A stretch of 64,000 bases of DNA from Alphaproteobacteria bacterium (GTDB lineage: Bacteria; Pseudomonadota; Alphaproteobacteria; UBA828; JAPUJA01). Positions 31,504-41,557 of this stretch are shown one piece after another (positions within the stretch are counted from its first letter, which is position 1; each line of letters opens with the position of its first letter). The notes below the pieces were generated by a model. It did not search any database. It saw nothing but the letters and a program-made list of their open reading frames with translations, and was not told the DNA's origin. The translations under genes and the position numbers were made by a program. Location of the stretch: contig CBDAPE010000011.1 of assembly GCA_965198325.1 (NCBI GenBank), positions 47,680-111,679 on the forward strand. Direction: 5' to 3'.

Positions 31504-32153
31504 GCGCCGCGCGTCTTGCGGAACCGTTCGCGCAAGCTATCGCGATGAGCCCAGATGATGATTCCGGCGACGAGCGGCGCTCCCGCTCCCGCAATCAGGA
31601 GCGGCAGTAATCCGCCGAACCAGACCACCGGACCGAACAGATAGATGACGTCTTCGATTTCGAAGCCGCCCCAGCGGGGTTGAATGCGTTCCTTGGCGAC
31701 CAGCGACGCGCGATGACCGAAGATCCAGTAAAGCCCGGCGACGCCCAACGCGCCGATGACGCCGAGGATGACGGTGATATCGCCCAAAATACCGCCACGC
31801 TGACCGACTCCGATCGCCGCGAACAGAAGGATCTGGATGGTCGCGTCGCACGTCAGATCATAGCGGTGGCCGAATCGGCTTGTCTTTCCCTGCAGCCGGG
31901 CCAGTTCGCCATCCGCGTGATCGAGGAAGGTGGAGAAGATGTACAACGCGGCGCCCCAGTTCCACCAGGCGACGCTGTCCATGGCCAGAAACGCGATGCC
32001 CGCAAGACCCGTCAGAAGCCGGAGCGTCGTGAGCTGGTTGGGCGTCACGGGCGTGCCGACGAGGGGACGCACGATGATGCGTGCGAGCCGCTGATCCCAG
32101 GGCTCTCTCTCCGCGACCGCGGCCTGATCGTGTCCGGTTGTCTGTTCGCTCAC
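31500..32153 (-). CDS. CDP-alcohol phosphatidyltransferase family protein
   Basis: TPNQLT; DHADGELAR...GHRYDLTCD signature; stop overlaps the hpnA start. Confidence 0.9.
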   Translation of the reverse strand: MSEQTTGHDQAAVAEREPWDQRLARIIVRPLVGTPVTPNQLTTLRLLTGLAGIAFLAMDSVAWWNWGAALYIFSTFLDHADGELARLQGKTSRFGHRYDLTCDATIQILLFAAIGVGQRGGILGDITVILGVIGALGVAGLYWIFGHRASLVAKERIQPRWGGFEIEDVIYLFGPVVWFGGLLPLLIAGAGAPLVAGIIIWAHRDSLRERFRKTRGA

Positions 32154-32265
32154 GGCGGCCTCGTCCTTTCCCGGGGCCGTATGCTACTCATTGCAGCATG
32201 ATTGGCAATTGCGAAGCGCGAAATCTGGACCTCTTTCTGACGAAGCCATCGACCGGCGCATCGTT

Positions 32266-33021
32266 ATGAGGGCGCTGCTTCTCGCGGCCGGCGTGGGTAA
32301 CCGCCTGCAGGGCGCAGGCCATGTGGGCCCAAAAATCCTGCTCGCCTTCGATGGCCGCAGCCTTCTTGCGCGCCACGTAAGCCTGCTGCGAGCCGCAGGA
32401 ATCGACGATATCGTCGTCGCGACCGGCTTCGGGGCGGACGCCATTGAGGCGGAACTTCGGCGACTTCCCCAGCCCGGGCAAATCCGAATGGTCCATAATT
32501 CCGCGTTCCGGCAGGGCAGCGCCGTGACCTATTGCTCACTTGGTGCTGCGGCGACCGCGGGCGGCGACATTCTGCTGATGGACGGCGACGTACTTTACGA
32601 CCGACGTATTCTCGATCGCCTTCTTGCGACCCGGCAGCCCGAGTGTTTTCTGCTCGACCGGGATTTTGAACCCGGCGAAGAGCCCATGAAGCTCGCCGTC
32701 AAGGACGATCAGCTCCGTGAGTTCCGACGGCGCCTGAGCGTGGACTTCGACTATTGCGGCGAATCAGTCGGCTTTTTCCGCCTGACCCAGACGATGGCCG
32801 CGCGCCTCTTCAAGGTGTGCCAGGAATTCATCGATGCCGGGCGAACCGACGAAGATTACGAGACCGCACTCGGCGACCAGATCGAGGCGGAGCCCGGGCG
32901 TTTCGGCTTCGAGGACGTCACCGGCCTGCCCTGGACGGAGATCGACTTTCCGGATGACATCGTTCGCGCCCGGGACGAAATTCTACCGCGCCTGATCGAC
33001 GATGATCGCCGACCCGACTAG
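32266..33021 (+). CDS. Phosphocholine cytidylyltransferase-like nucleotidyltransferase
   Basis: LLAAGVGNRL, PKILL, MDGDVLYD, GESVGF, WTEIDFPDD. Confidence 0.88.
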   Translation: MRALLLAAGVGNRLQGAGHVGPKILLAFDGRSLLARHVSLLRAAGIDDIVVATGFGADAIEAELRRLPQPGQIRMVHNSAFRQGSAVTYCSLGAAATAGGDILLMDGDVLYDRRILDRLLATRQPECFLLDRDFEPGEEPMKLAVKDDQLREFRRRLSVDFDYCGESVGFFRLTQTMAARLFKVCQEFIDAGRTDEDYETALGDQIEAEPGRFGFEDVTGLPWTEIDFPDDIVRARDEILPRLIDDDRRPD

Positions 33022-33890
33022 AGCGTGCCCACGAAGGCGCGGAGCAGCTTCCAGATTTTCGCCGCCTTTCCAAGCCGGACGGCCGCGCCCGACAGGCGCC
33101 AATCGCTTTCGGCCATGCGCACGAGATAGGCCTCGTAGATCGCCCGCATGAGCAGTGCCGGGCGCATATTGCGAATTTCGGAAGCCGGCAGGCTCGCGGA
33201 CGCCTGATCGAAGCGCTGACGCGCGAGCCCGCCGATCTCGGCGCAAACGACACGAAGCTTGGGATGAGCCATCAGCTGGGCGACCGGCACCTCGGCCATG
33301 CCGTGCCGCTCGAGAACTTCGATCGGTAGATAAATCCGCCCCCGCGCCGCATCCTCTTCGATGTCGCGCAGGATATTGGTGAGCTGAAAGGCGTGGCCGA
33401 GATGAACTGCGAACTCGGGGATGTGTGAATCCTGAAATTCGAAGATCTCGACGGAGATCAGCCCCACGCAACAGGCGACGCAGTAGCAATAGCGCTCGAG
33501 TGTCGCCATGTCGGGGCGCATCATCGCCCCCGAACGATCCATGTCGAAGCCGTTGAGGATTTCCTCGAAATGGATCTTGGGCAGACCGAACCGCTCGACG
33601 GGTCCCGCCAGGGCGCGTGTGACCGGATGGCGCGGGCGGTCCTCGTAGAGCCGATCGAGCTCGTCGCGCCAGCCATTGAGCTGAACCAGCGATTCCGCGG
33701 GATCCTCGATCTCGTCGACGACGTCGTCGGTTTCTCGGCAGAATGCGTAGAGCGCCAGCATCGCCTCGCGCTTATCACGGGGCAGGATCATCATTGGCTT
33801 GGCGAAGGAGCTGCCCGACGCCCGCACGACGTCTGCGACGTAACTCTTGGGGTCGTCGATTTCGGGAACCGCCAGTGCCGTGCTCACCAT
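33018..33890 (-). CDS. hpnD: Presqualene diphosphate synthase HpnD
   Basis: SGSSF, YAFCRETDDVVD, YCYCVA, QLTNILRDIEEDAARGRIYLP. Confidence 0.9.
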   Translation of the reverse strand: MVSTALAVPEIDDPKSYVADVVRASGSSFAKPMMILPRDKREAMLALYAFCRETDDVVDEIEDPAESLVQLNGWRDELDRLYEDRPRHPVTRALAGPVERFGLPKIHFEEILNGFDMDRSGAMMRPDMATLERYCYCVACCVGLISVEIFEFQDSHIPEFAVHLGHAFQLTNILRDIEEDAARGRIYLPIEVLERHGMAEVPVAQLMAHPKLRVVCAEIGGLARQRFDQASASLPASEIRNMRPALLMRAIYEAYLVRMAESDWRLSGAAVRLGKAAKIWKLLRAFVGTL

Positions 33891-34720
33891 GCGCTCACGA
33901 CACCCTTCACCCCGCACCACATCCAGCCGGGCCTCGAGACCTTCACCGGGCCCGCCACGGGATCGTTGCGGCGCAGCAGTCGGGCGAGCCGGAGAGCCAG
34001 CATCAGGATCGTCTGGCTTTCAAGTCGCAGGCCCCGCCGGCGCACCGACGGCGGCATCGTCCGGGCCCGGATCAACAGCGCGTCGACCCCGTCCAGGCAT
34101 CGGTCGATGGCATGGCGCACGGCGGGTGTCGCAGCGGATTTTGCCAGATCGCCGACCGATCCCCCTGCCTCGATGAGCCAGGGCTCTGGCAGATAGACCC
34201 GGTCGAGCTTGAGATAGTCGTCCTGGCAGTCCTGCAGGTGGTTGAGCATCTGAAGCGCCATGCAAAGCGCGTCCGAACCCTCGACGTCCGCGTCGGTTTC
34301 GCCGTGGATATCGATCATGACCCGCCCGACGGAAGCGGCCGAGCGGACGCAATAATTCATCAGATCGTCCCAGTCCGCATAACGCCGCTGGGTCACGTCC
34401 TGAATGAAGGCGGAGAGGAGCGAACGCCCGTGACCCGGCGTCTTGCCCGTCGTGATCAGGCTGCGGTGATAGAGCACGGCCCAGTCGGGCAAAGCCCCCT
34501 CGTCGACGCCCAGCGCACGCTGAGCCCGTTCCAGGGGTTCGAGCTTGTCTTCGATCGAAAGCGACGGTGAATCGGCGATATCGTCGGACGCCCGTGCGAA
34601 GTTGTAAAACGCATGGACATGCGGACGGCAATCAGGTGGAATCAGCCACGAGCCGACTGGAAAATTTTCCTTATTGTCGGCAATCAAGTCGTGAATTTCG
34701 CCAGCTTGTGCAGCCTGCAC
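33884..34720 (-). CDS. hpnC: Hydroxysqualene synthase HpnC
   Basis: ENFPVGS, FARASDDIAD, SAFIQD, NHLQDC...DRVYLP. Confidence 0.92.
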   Translation of the reverse strand: MQAAQAGEIHDLIADNKENFPVGSWLIPPDCRPHVHAFYNFARASDDIADSPSLSIEDKLEPLERAQRALGVDEGALPDWAVLYHRSLITTGKTPGHGRSLLSAFIQDVTQRRYADWDDLMNYCVRSAASVGRVMIDIHGETDADVEGSDALCMALQMLNHLQDCQDDYLKLDRVYLPEPWLIEAGGSVGDLAKSAATPAVRHAIDRCLDGVDALLIRARTMPPSVRRRGLRLESQTILMLALRLARLLRRNDPVAGPVKVSRPGWMWCGVKGVVSAW

Positions 34721-34832
34721 CGGGTTGGTCCCCTACACCCCTCGTCAAGTCGGGCACGATTATAGCCGATCCCGGGATAACGGGGGACCATCCCCGAACG
34801 TGTTCCCAGACGAATTGCGTATGCCAGACCGC

Positions 34833-36065
34833 CTATACCGGTTGGGCGCCGCGGCTGTCGGTCACGAACGTTTCCGCCAAGCGGCGGGACTCGGCGTCGA
34901 GGGCGAGGACATCGTCAAGAGAGCCGAGCGCGCCATCGGGCAGCGCGTCGAGGGTGCGCTCGACGATCGCCGCGATATCGAGAAACCCGATGCGCTCCTC
35001 GAGAAAGCCGCGAACTGCGGCCTCGTTGGCCGCATTCAGAATCGTTGCCGTCCCGCCACCGCTCTCGAGCGCGGCCCGGGCCAGACGCAGGGCTGGAAAG
35101 CGCTCGATGTCGGGGGAATAAAAATCGAGTGTCCCGAGCGCCGCGAGATCCAGCTTGGGCGCAGGCGCCGCGATCCGGTCGGGCCAGCCCAGGGTGTAGG
35201 CGATGGGTGTGCGCATATCCGGCGTCCCGAGCTGCGCCAGAACCGAGCCGTCGATATAAGCCACCAGACTGTGCACCACCGACTGCGGATGAACCAGAAT
35301 TTCGACCTGCTTGACGGAAACGGGAAACAGATGAAACGCCTCGATCATCTCGAGGCCCTTGTTCATCATGGTCGCCGAATCGACGGAGATTTTCGCGCCC
35401 ATGTCCCAATTCGGATGGGCAACAGCCTGGGCCGGCGTAACACCGGCCATCTCTGCGAGCGAGGCGTTACGGAAGGGGCCGCCCGAAGCGGTCAGGATCA
35501 GACGGTCGACGGCCTCGGCGCGGTCGAAGTCGAAGACTTGAAAGATCGCGTTATGCTCGGAGTCGACGGGCAGCAACGTCGCCCCGCTGGCCGCGACCTC
35601 GCGCAGCACGAGTTCGCCCGCGCAGACCAGGCATTCCTTATTGGCCAGCGCCACAATTGCGCCCTGGCGCACCGCGCGGAGCGTCGGCTCCAGCCCGGCG
35701 GCGCCGACAATGCCCGCCATGACCCAGTCGACGGGAATGTCGGCGGCCTCCTTAAGCGCCGCCACGCCTGCTGCCGCCGCAACGTTAGTGCCGGCCAGAG
35801 CCTCCTTCAGCGCACCATACTGGCTGTCGTCGGCGATGACAGCGATTCTGGGTTGCAGCGCGCGGGCTTGATCCGCCAGGAGATCGACACGCCGGTTTCC
35901 TGTGAGAGCCTCGACCCGGTAGGCATCGGGGTTTCGCTTGATCAAGTCGATCGTGTTACAGCCGATCGAGCCGGTCGAACCCAGTATGGTGACCCGGCGT
36001 TGCGCTAACTCCGCCCGCTTGGCACGTAGAATCTCTGCTTGAGTCACTTCGGCGACCGCGTCCAT
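34833..36065 (-). CDS. dxr: 1-deoxy-D-xylulose-5-phosphate reductoisomerase
   Basis: LGSTGSIG, LANKE, PVDSEH, TASGGPF, HPNWDMGAKISVDSATMMNKGLE. Confidence 0.97.
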   Translation of the reverse strand: MDAVAEVTQAEILRAKRAELAQRRVTILGSTGSIGCNTIDLIKRNPDAYRVEALTGNRRVDLLADQARALQPRIAVIADDSQYGALKEALAGTNVAAAAGVAALKEAADIPVDWVMAGIVGAAGLEPTLRAVRQGAIVALANKECLVCAGELVLREVAASGATLLPVDSEHNAIFQVFDFDRAEAVDRLILTASGGPFRNASLAEMAGVTPAQAVAHPNWDMGAKISVDSATMMNKGLEMIEAFHLFPVSVKQVEILVHPQSVVHSLVAYIDGSVLAQLGTPDMRTPIAYTLGWPDRIAAPAPKLDLAALGTLDFYSPDIERFPALRLARAALESGGGTATILNAANEAAVRGFLEERIGFLDIAAIVERTLDALPDGALGSLDDVLALDAESRRLAETFVTDSRGAQPV

Positions 36066-36276
36066 GGCGTCAACAGAATTTACCCCCTCGTGGAACCGCC
36101 CACGCTGAGCATCATATTTTCAGTATGTCTTCGCTCACGCAACCGGGAATCCTGGTGAGCTCCGGTAATTCGCGCCCGCCGTTGGCATAAACGGTTGTCC
36201 AGCCAATATGTAAGACATTAGGGAAATAAAATACTGTAACATCCTGTAAATCAACAAACTACCTAGAGTATTCTAT

Positions 36277-36613
36277 ATGGCACTCAGGAACAAGAGTTGC
36301 GTTCCCTGTCGTGGCGGCATTCCACCGCTTGGCAAAGACGAGGCGAACGCACTGCTCGAACAAACGCCCGGCTGGCAACTGATCGACAACGCTCGCAAAA
36401 TCGAGTGCCGGTTCCAGTTCGGCGATTTCGCCGATGCGCTCAACCTTTACGAACAAGGTCGGCGAGCTCGCGGAGGCGGAAGGCCATCACCCGGATATCT
36501 CGTTCGGCTGGGGATACTGCGTAGTGCTGTTCTATACCCACAAGATCAAGGGCCTGCACGAGAACGACTTCATCATGGGAGCGAAAGTCAACGCCCTCGC
36601 CGAACAGGCCTGA
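36277..36613 (+). pseudogene. Pterin-4-alpha-carbinolamine dehydratase, 1-bp insertion near 36445
   Basis: CVPCRGG N-terminus; shifted frame gives [10 protein letters not shown]...[18 protein letters not shown]. Confidence 0.85.
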
Positions 36614-39600
36614 TCAGGCGTCGGAGACAATTTGGGCCGCCACCTCCGCCGGCCGAGCGAGCGCCGCAAGCTCGCCCAAAAGTTTGCCTACGCCGTCGAA
36701 ACGTTCCACCTCGGTGGTCCAATCCCGGGACACGACGAGCCGGGAATCGGGCCGCAATTTGACCTCGTTCCGGGGGTCGGCAATGAAGTCGATCAGCCTC
36801 TCGGGTTCAGCGAACCGGTTGTCCCGGAACGTTAGAACCGCGCCTCTTGGGCCGGCTTCGATCCTGCCGACGCCGGCCTGCCGACAGAGATGCTTGATCG
36901 AAATCACTTCAAGCAAGTGACTGACTTCGTGCGGCAGCGAGCCGAACCGGTCGACCAGCTCGGCGGCGAAGGCATCGATCTCGTCGCTGTCCTCGAGCCG
37001 GGCGACCCGGCGATAGAGGCCCAGCCGGACGCTCAGGTCCCGGACGTAACTCTCGGGGATCAGGATGGCCGCACCGATATTGATTTCCGGCGACCACTCG
37101 GAGCTCGGGGCGTCGGGCTCGGCTCCCTCGCCCGCTCGCGCCTGGGCCACCGCTTCCTCCAGCATATGTTGATAGAGCTCGACGCCAACTTCACGAATCT
37201 GGCCCGATTGCTCCTCACCCAGCAGGTTGCCGGCGCCCCGGATGTCGAGATCGTGGCTGGCCAGCGAGAATCCGGCGCCCAGGCTGTCCAGACGATGCAG
37301 CACCTCGAGGCGCTTTTCAGCGGCAACCGTGAGATGACGCTCGGGCTGCAATGTGAGATAGGCATAGGCGCGGTTCTTCGAGCGCCCGATTCGGCCGCGG
37401 AGCTGGTAAAGCTGCGCCAGGCCGAACATATCCGCGCGGTGGACGATCATCGTGTTCACCGTCGGAATATCGAGGCCCGATTCGATGATCGTCGTGACAA
37501 CGAGCACGTCGTGGGCGCGTTCGTAGAAGCCGCCCATTACCTCTTCCAGCCGTCTCGCGGACATTTGGCTGTGGGCCGTCGCAACCTTGACCTCGGGCAC
37601 CAACGCGCACACCCGTTCGGCAACTGTTTCGATATCCGAGACCCGCGGACAAACATAGAAACTTTGCCCGCCGCAATAATGCTCGCGCAAGATCGCCTCG
37701 CGCACCACCATGGGATCGAACGGCAGGATGAAGGTCCGAACGGCCAGACGGTCGACCGGGGGCGTTGCGATCACGCTCATCTCGCGAACACCCGACAGGG
37801 CCAATTGCAACGTACGGGGAATCGGCGTCGCGGTCAGGGTCAGGACGTGAACCTCGTTGCGGAGCTGTTTTAGCTGCTCCTTGTGGGCGACGCCGAAATG
37901 CTGCTCCTCGTCGATGACGAGCAGGCCCAGATCGGCAAAGGCAATCCGCTTGCCGAGCAGGGTGTGTGTCCCGATCACGATATCGACGTCGCCCGATGCC
38001 AAACCGCCGCGCACGGACGCGGACACCTTGCCCGAGACCAGCCGCGAAAGTTGCTCGATGCGCACGGGCAGACCGGCAAATCGTTCGGAGAAGGTTTGAA
38101 AATGCTGACGGCAAAGCAGAGTCGTCGGCACCACGACAGCGACCTGCTTGCCGGCCAGTGCCGTTACGAACGCGGCCCGCAACGCAACTTCGGTCTTACC
38201 GAAACCGACATCGCCGCAGATCAGGCGGTCCATCGGCCGGCCGTCGGTCAGATCGGACAGGGTCTCATCGATCGCGCGGCTCTGATCGTCGGTCTCCGCA
38301 TGGGGAAACCGGGCGCAGAAGCTTTCATAGAGCCCGGGCGGTGGCGTCAGAACCGGTGCCGGGTGAAGCTCCCGGGCGGCGGCAACCCGGATCAAGGACT
38401 CCGCCATGACGCGAATGCGCTTCTTCAGACGAGCCTTTCGCGCCTGCCAGGCAGCACCGCCCAGCCGGTCGAGCGCGACCAGGGTGTCCGCCGGGCCGTA
38501 GCGCGATAGAAGCTCCACGTTTTCGACCGGGATGAAAAGTCTGTCGTCGCCTTCATAGACCAGACGAAGGCAATCGTGGGGCGCGTCGGATACCTCGAGA
38601 GTCTCCAGCCCCTCGTAGCGACCGATGCCGTGATCGATGTGCACAACGATATCGCCTTGTGCGAGCTCGACAGCATCGGAGAGAAAATTTTCCGCCCGGC
38701 GCTTCTTGGTCGGCGCCCGGGTAAGCCTGTCGCCCAGGATATCCTGCTCGCTCAACAACAGCAGATCGTCGATCGCGAAGCCATGGTCGAGATCGAGCAC
38801 CGTGAGGCCGACCGCACTTCGGCCGGCGCGACGGGCGTCAGCCCAATGTTCAATTGCGCCGAGACCCGAAACCCCGCTGTCGGCGAGTAGCTTCGCCAGG
38901 CGATCAAGGGTTCCCGTCGAATAGCCGGCAATGATCACACGGCGCCCGGCCCTCTGTTCTTCCCCGACATAGTCGTGCACCATCTCGAAGAGCCTGTCTC
39001 CCGCCTCGGTTCTCTCGGGCGCGAAATCCCGAGCCGGTCGTCCGTCGGCGTCGAATACGCGCTGTCCTTCGGTTTCCGGCTCAGCGAAGGGCGTAAAAGC
39101 CACGACGGCATGATCCGCGAGACCGGCCTCCCAGTCGGACCGGTCGAGATAGAGAAGCTCGGGCGGTATCGGCTTGTAAACTGCGGCATCGACGATCGTC
39201 GATGCCGGATTCGACTTTCGGACCTCGTAATGATCCGCGATGGTCGCGAGGCGCGTGTCGCGCGCCTCCTCGGCCAAATAATCCAGGGCGATGACGGCAT
39301 CGGGCAGATAATCGAACACGGTCTCGAGCGATTCGTGGAAGAGCGGCAACCAATGTTCCATCCCGGGATACTTGCGCCCGGAATCGACCGCCTCGAACAG
39401 TGGATCGGCGTCGATGACGGCGCCGAATAACTCGCGGTACCGATTACGAAACCGCTCGATCGACGTATCGTCGAACAAGACCTCGCCGACCGGCGTCAGT
39501 TCGATGGCACCGACGGTTGATTGGCTGCGTTGACTGATCGGATCAAACCCCCGGATTGCCTCAATCTCGTCACCAAAGAAATCCAACCGAACGGGCCTCG

Positions 39601-40150
39601 GCGCACCGGCGGGGAAAATGTCGAGAATCCCTCCCCGCACCGCGAATTCGCCGGCTTCGACGACAGTTCCGGCACGGTGATAGCCGACATCGGCCAGAAA
39701 GCCGCCAAGCGCATCAAGGCCGATGCGATCCCCGGGGACGATGCGCCGCGAGACCGCGGCGAGGCGCGAGCGCTCCGGAACCCGTTGCAACGCCGCATTG
39801 ACCGTCGTCATGACGAGCCGTGGGCGATCTGGTTGATTGCCGCTATTCGCAGACTTCGCCGCCAGACGCGCGAGGGTCGACAGCCGACGGTTCTCGATAT
39901 CGGCGCGAGGCGAAACCCGGTCGTAAGGCACGCAATCCCATGCCGGCAGGGTTAGCACGTCGTACTCGGGCGCGAAGAAGTGGACCGCGTCGGCGGCGCG
40001 GGACAGCCGAAGGTCGTCGCGCGCGATATAGAGGCAATCCCGCTCGCCCGCGGCCATCACCTCCGCCAGCAGGTAGGCATCCGCACCCGCCGGCACGCCG
40101 GCGACTGTAAGCCGGCCGGAATTCGCAATTTGCGCGGGAAATGACGTCAA
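36614..40150 (-). CDS. mfd: Transcription-repair coupling factor
   Basis: RGGILD, VHIDHGIG, CGDVGFGKT, DEEQHFG, TATPIPRT, QLRGRIGR, TRCF domain. Confidence 0.97.
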   Translation of the reverse strand: MTSFPAQIANSGRLTVAGVPAGADAYLLAEVMAAGERDCLYIARDDLRLSRAADAVHFFAPEYDVLTLPAWDCVPYDRVSPRADIENRRLSTLARLAAKSANSGNQPDRPRLVMTTVNAALQRVPERSRLAAVSRRIVPGDRIGLDALGGFLADVGYHRAGTVVEAGEFAVRGGILDIFPAGAPRPVRLDFFGDEIEAIRGFDPISQRSQSTVGAIELTPVGEVLFDDTSIERFRNRYRELFGAVIDADPLFEAVDSGRKYPGMEHWLPLFHESLETVFDYLPDAVIALDYLAEEARDTRLATIADHYEVRKSNPASTIVDAAVYKPIPPELLYLDRSDWEAGLADHAVVAFTPFAEPETEGQRVFDADGRPARDFAPERTEAGDRLFEMVHDYVGEEQRAGRRVIIAGYSTGTLDRLAKLLADSGVSGLGAIEHWADARRAGRSAVGLTVLDLDHGFAIDDLLLLSEQDILGDRLTRAPTKKRRAENFLSDAVELAQGDIVVHIDHGIGRYEGLETLEVSDAPHDCLRLVYEGDDRLFIPVENVELLSRYGPADTLVALDRLGGAAWQARKARLKKRIRVMAESLIRVAAARELHPAPVLTPPPGLYESFCARFPHAETDDQSRAIDETLSDLTDGRPMDRLICGDVGFGKTEVALRAAFVTALAGKQVAVVVPTTLLCRQHFQTFSERFAGLPVRIEQLSRLVSGKVSASVRGGLASGDVDIVIGTHTLLGKRIAFADLGLLVIDEEQHFGVAHKEQLKQLRNEVHVLTLTATPIPRTLQLALSGVREMSVIATPPVDRLAVRTFILPFDPMVVREAILREHYCGGQSFYVCPRVSDIETVAERVCALVPEVKVATAHSQMSARRLEEVMGGFYERAHDVLVVTTIIESGLDIPTVNTMIVHRADMFGLAQLYQLRGRIGRSKNRAYAYLTLQPERHLTVAAEKRLEVLHRLDSLGAGFSLASHDLDIRGAGNLLGEEQSGQIREVGVELYQHMLEEAVAQARAGEGAEPDAPSSEWSPEINIGAAILIPESYVRDLSVRLGLYRRVARLEDSDEIDAFAAELVDRFGSLPHEVSHLLEVISIKHLCRQAGVGRIEAGPRGAVLTFRDNRFAEPERLIDFIADPRNEVKLRPDSRLVVSRDWTTEVERFDGVGKLLGELAALARPAEVAAQIVSDA

Positions 40151-40440
40151 AACCGGACGCGCGTGGTTATGAATTCCTTAAGAAGAGCCATGACATCGTT
40201 GTCATGGGACTTCGGGACCGGAATCCGGCCGACGAGCCAGCCGTAGATGTCGGCGTCGTCATTTGCGAGCAACGCTTCGAAGCGATCGAGTTGATCGGCG
40301 GAAAGATCCTGCAGGCGAGCCCGGGCGAAACCGCCCAGCAGGAGGTCCGACTCCTTGGATCCACGATGGTTGCACTGATAGAGCAACCGCTTTAGACGGA
40401 CGGCGTCGGCCTCGGGCGTCGTGTGAGACTCAAGCGTCAT
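40147..40440 (-). CDS. sdhE: Succinate dehydrogenase assembly factor SdhE
   Basis: RLLYQCNHRGSKESDLLLG (RGxxE); adjacent to mfd. Confidence 0.9.
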   Translation of the reverse strand: MTLESHTTPEADAVRLKRLLYQCNHRGSKESDLLLGGFARARLQDLSADQLDRFEALLANDDADIYGWLVGRIPVPKSHDNDVMALLKEFITTRVRF

Positions 40441-41467
40441 GGCAGCAAGCAATCGTTCCATTCAAGCCGAATCCACGCCGCGCACGTACCCCGATGAGCG
40501 GCGCGCGCCGAAGGCCGCCGTACCGGCGTTGACCGGTCTTACGAAGGCGACGGAGCATAGTATTCTCAGTCGCGCACTCGATGCAATTTGGATCATCGAC
40601 GAGACCGACATCGTCCGGTATCTGAACCCGGCAGCCGAGACCTTGACCGGATACGCCGCCGCCGAGCTGATCGGTCGGCCGATCTCGTCGATCCTTCCGT
40701 CGTCGATGCCCCAGCAGCATGTCGAATACATCAAGGCGTATCTCAAACGCGGCGGCGAGTCTCGGGTTCTCGGACGCGTCCGTGAATTTGCGATCGTCTC
40801 AAAGCACGGTGAAGAAGTTCCTGTCGAGCTCACGGCTTTCGAGATCAAACCCGAGGGGCCGGTTCGCCGTTTCAGCGGAATCATGCGCGACATCCGGGCC
40901 CGCAAGAAACTCGAAGCGGAACGTGAAGAATTGCTCGACCGGTTGGAAAAACTCGCCTGGATCGACGAGCTCACGGGCCTGACGAACCGCAGAGGGTTCC
41001 TTCAGGAAGCCGACAAACTCAGCTCCTATGCCCGCCGCTACGGTATCGCGGTATCACTCGCGATCGTCGATCTGGATCATTTCAAACGGGTCAATGATAC
41101 CTACGGTCATGGCACCGGCGACGAGGTGTTGCGTCGAATCGCCGAGATCTGTCGGCGGGCGCTCCGTCACGAGGACACGATCGGGCGAATCGGCGGCGAA
41201 GAATTCGGTGTGTTGTGTCCCGGCGCGGAACCCGAGACCGCCCGCTCGGTTCTCGAACGGTTGTGCCGTCATGTGGCAAGCGCGCCGATCAGCCTGACCG
41301 GCCCCGACGCTCCGCAAGACTTCGAGATTACGGTCTCAGCGGGAATCGCACGGCTCGAAGCCGATGCGCCGGTCGAAGACACCCTTCGGAAGGCTGACGC
41401 GGCGCTTTACGACGCGAAAAACCAGGGCCGCAACCGGGTTTGCGTTCAAGGGGCCGGCGAGCCCTGA
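40439..41467 (+). CDS. PAS-GGDEF diguanylate cyclase
   Basis: PAS (NPAAETLTGY), DELTGLTNRR, DLDHFKRVNDTYGH, RxxD I-site, GGEEF; true start probably downstream (e.g. TTG at 40529). Confidence 0.9.
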   Translation: MAASNRSIQAESTPRTYPDERRAPKAAVPALTGLTKATEHSILSRALDAIWIIDETDIVRYLNPAAETLTGYAAAELIGRPISSILPSSMPQQHVEYIKAYLKRGGESRVLGRVREFAIVSKHGEEVPVELTAFEIKPEGPVRRFSGIMRDIRARKKLEAEREELLDRLEKLAWIDELTGLTNRRGFLQEADKLSSYARRYGIAVSLAIVDLDHFKRVNDTYGHGTGDEVLRRIAEICRRALRHEDTIGRIGGEEFGVLCPGAEPETARSVLERLCRHVASAPISLTGPDAPQDFEITVSAGIARLEADAPVEDTLRKADAALYDAKNQGRNRVCVQGAGEP

Positions 41468-41557
41468 GGTCGAGACCCCGGCGGGGGTTCGGTCCGGTTG
41501 GCATCACCGGGACACTCGGATAAGGTCGGTGGGCCGCTCTGGCCGGGACCCTCGACC

